A stretch of DNA of 64,000 nt from Glycera tridactyla. Taxonomy: Eukaryota. Within the stretch, counting starts at the first letter, position 1, and the number at the start of each line of letters is the position of its first letter. This document shows positions 62,719 through 64,000 of the stretch, piece by piece. Location: contig OZ286469.1 in NCBI GenBank assembly GCA_965644265.1, forward strand, positions 64,604,001 through 64,668,000. Reading direction: 5' to 3'. Below the pieces are notes generated by a model. That model was not told where the DNA came from. It did not search any database and was given only the letters and a program-made list of their open reading frames with translations. A program made the position numbers and the translations under genes.

Positions 62719-64000
62719 CTGCAACAGAAGAAGAGAATACAACATCAGTGAGATACAAAGGTGACAAGATAGTATCTGAAGAAGAGATATTATCGTAGAC
62801 AGCGGTGAATGCAGTACACTGAAATTGATACATTGTGTATAGTATGGGTGAATTGTGTATGTCATGTACTTTTGAATCATAAAAGCTGTATGCTCTGCCC
62901 CCTACCATCATCACTCTCACAAACCCCCAACACAAGATGATGGCAAACTAGATAAGTTGTCATAAGCGGAAGTAGCTCAGACACACCTATATGCACCTCA
63001 AATATATAACAGAATAAACTCACTAAATGCATATCTGACTAAGTAAATGTGCATTTTTTGCTGAGAAACTTGTTAACTGACTAAGTAGTCATCTCTTTTG
63101 AGTACATTCCGCAAGTTACCCACTTCAATATCTAACAGCAAAAGTTGTTCGAGACAAACATTGGTTGAAATCCCTGATTGTGAGTATAAGAAGAGAAAAT
63201 ACATTGCAAGTTTAAGATTGTTAATGATGTGGCGATGATGATGATGATGATGATGATGGCGCACTCAGCCAATGCTTCCTTGCCACCGCACCATCATCAA
63301 AATATCAACATCAATTTGCATCATACATCATGCATGAACATCACTCAAACCTCCATCTACTTGATTACAGCCACCACCATCCCACCATCACCTCCATCCA
63401 CCAGTTCTCTCCCTCAAAACTATTACATCGATCTTTTAAACTACCTCGAATGTATGCATCACGACTGACCACAGAGATGCGATTGATTGATTGTTCGACG
63501 TTTAATGGCATGTACCAACCTAAATGATTACGTAGATTTGGAGTCTTAATTTAAAAGAAAAAAAAAGAAGAATAAATTGAAGCTGAAGAAAGCAACTAGT
63601 GATTGTAAGTGATGATATGGGAGCACTAGGCCAAAATATTGTTCAGAGAATTTGGCTAGAGATGGGTGAATCTTTCTGGCCAAAAAATGGAAATTCTCTC
63701 CTATGGCTATTCGACTAAAGGCCAGTGCTTGCTGTGGACTGAATCTGTCACATTTCAGGTGGCAGAATGACAGCGATAACCTCATCTATTCTCACGCATG
63801 TACTTCACAATCTTATAATCATTATTCATTAGCGTCCTTATTTATTTTTCAACCCGATGAGGATGATCTAAATTTAATTAGGATCAAAATAATGCAATAA
63901 ATCACGGTATTTATCTGGTGTCACATATCCTGTGAAGGCAGAGAGTGACACGGAGAGTGATGCCATGTTATACCGTATATTGCCGAATACACGCGCAGTG

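Noticed and set aside
1-64000. CRISPR arrays, rRNA genes, operons and intact CUGANGA hammerheads
   Set aside because: The DNA is spliceosomal-intron-containing eukaryotic sequence; tandem repeats have no unique spacers; no rRNA motifs seen; the CTGAnGA occurrences I inspected lacked a stem II-GAAA-stem III arrangement.

Overview
Eukaryotic (animal, probably invertebrate; lineage not determinable with confidence) genomic DNA from a gapped assembly, with ten N-runs, many microsatellites, SINEs and MITEs. One protein-coding gene can be supported: the 3' two-thirds of a TIA1/TIAL1 (TIAR/Rox8) RNA-binding protein gene on the minus strand. I traced seven exons by hand (62643-62718, 49523-49628, 46575-46667, 34620-34704, 29668-29827, 24821-24975, 22594-23020). 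All have canonical GT-AG junctions and splice in frame (phases 2,0,1,1,2,0,2), encoding the second half of RRM2, RRM3 and a Q/Y/G-rich prion-like domain. The 5' exons lie beyond base 64000. The most interesting signals form a possible post-transcriptional control layer on this gene: (1) an in-frame alternative 5' splice site covered by a perfect 18-nt complement 2.45 kb downstream in the same intron; (2) two possible C-termini, because the frame stays open 118 codons past the TGA and is reachable by readthrough or by an in-frame 318-nt intron; (3) a candidate PTC (poison) exon upstream of the RRM2 exon; (4) a decayed hammerhead-like fold in an inverted repeat just upstream of the last exon; (5) a possible ~10-kb 3' UTR. 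These are sequence-level inferences, not demonstrated functions. Nearly all entries in the supplied ORF track are spurious.
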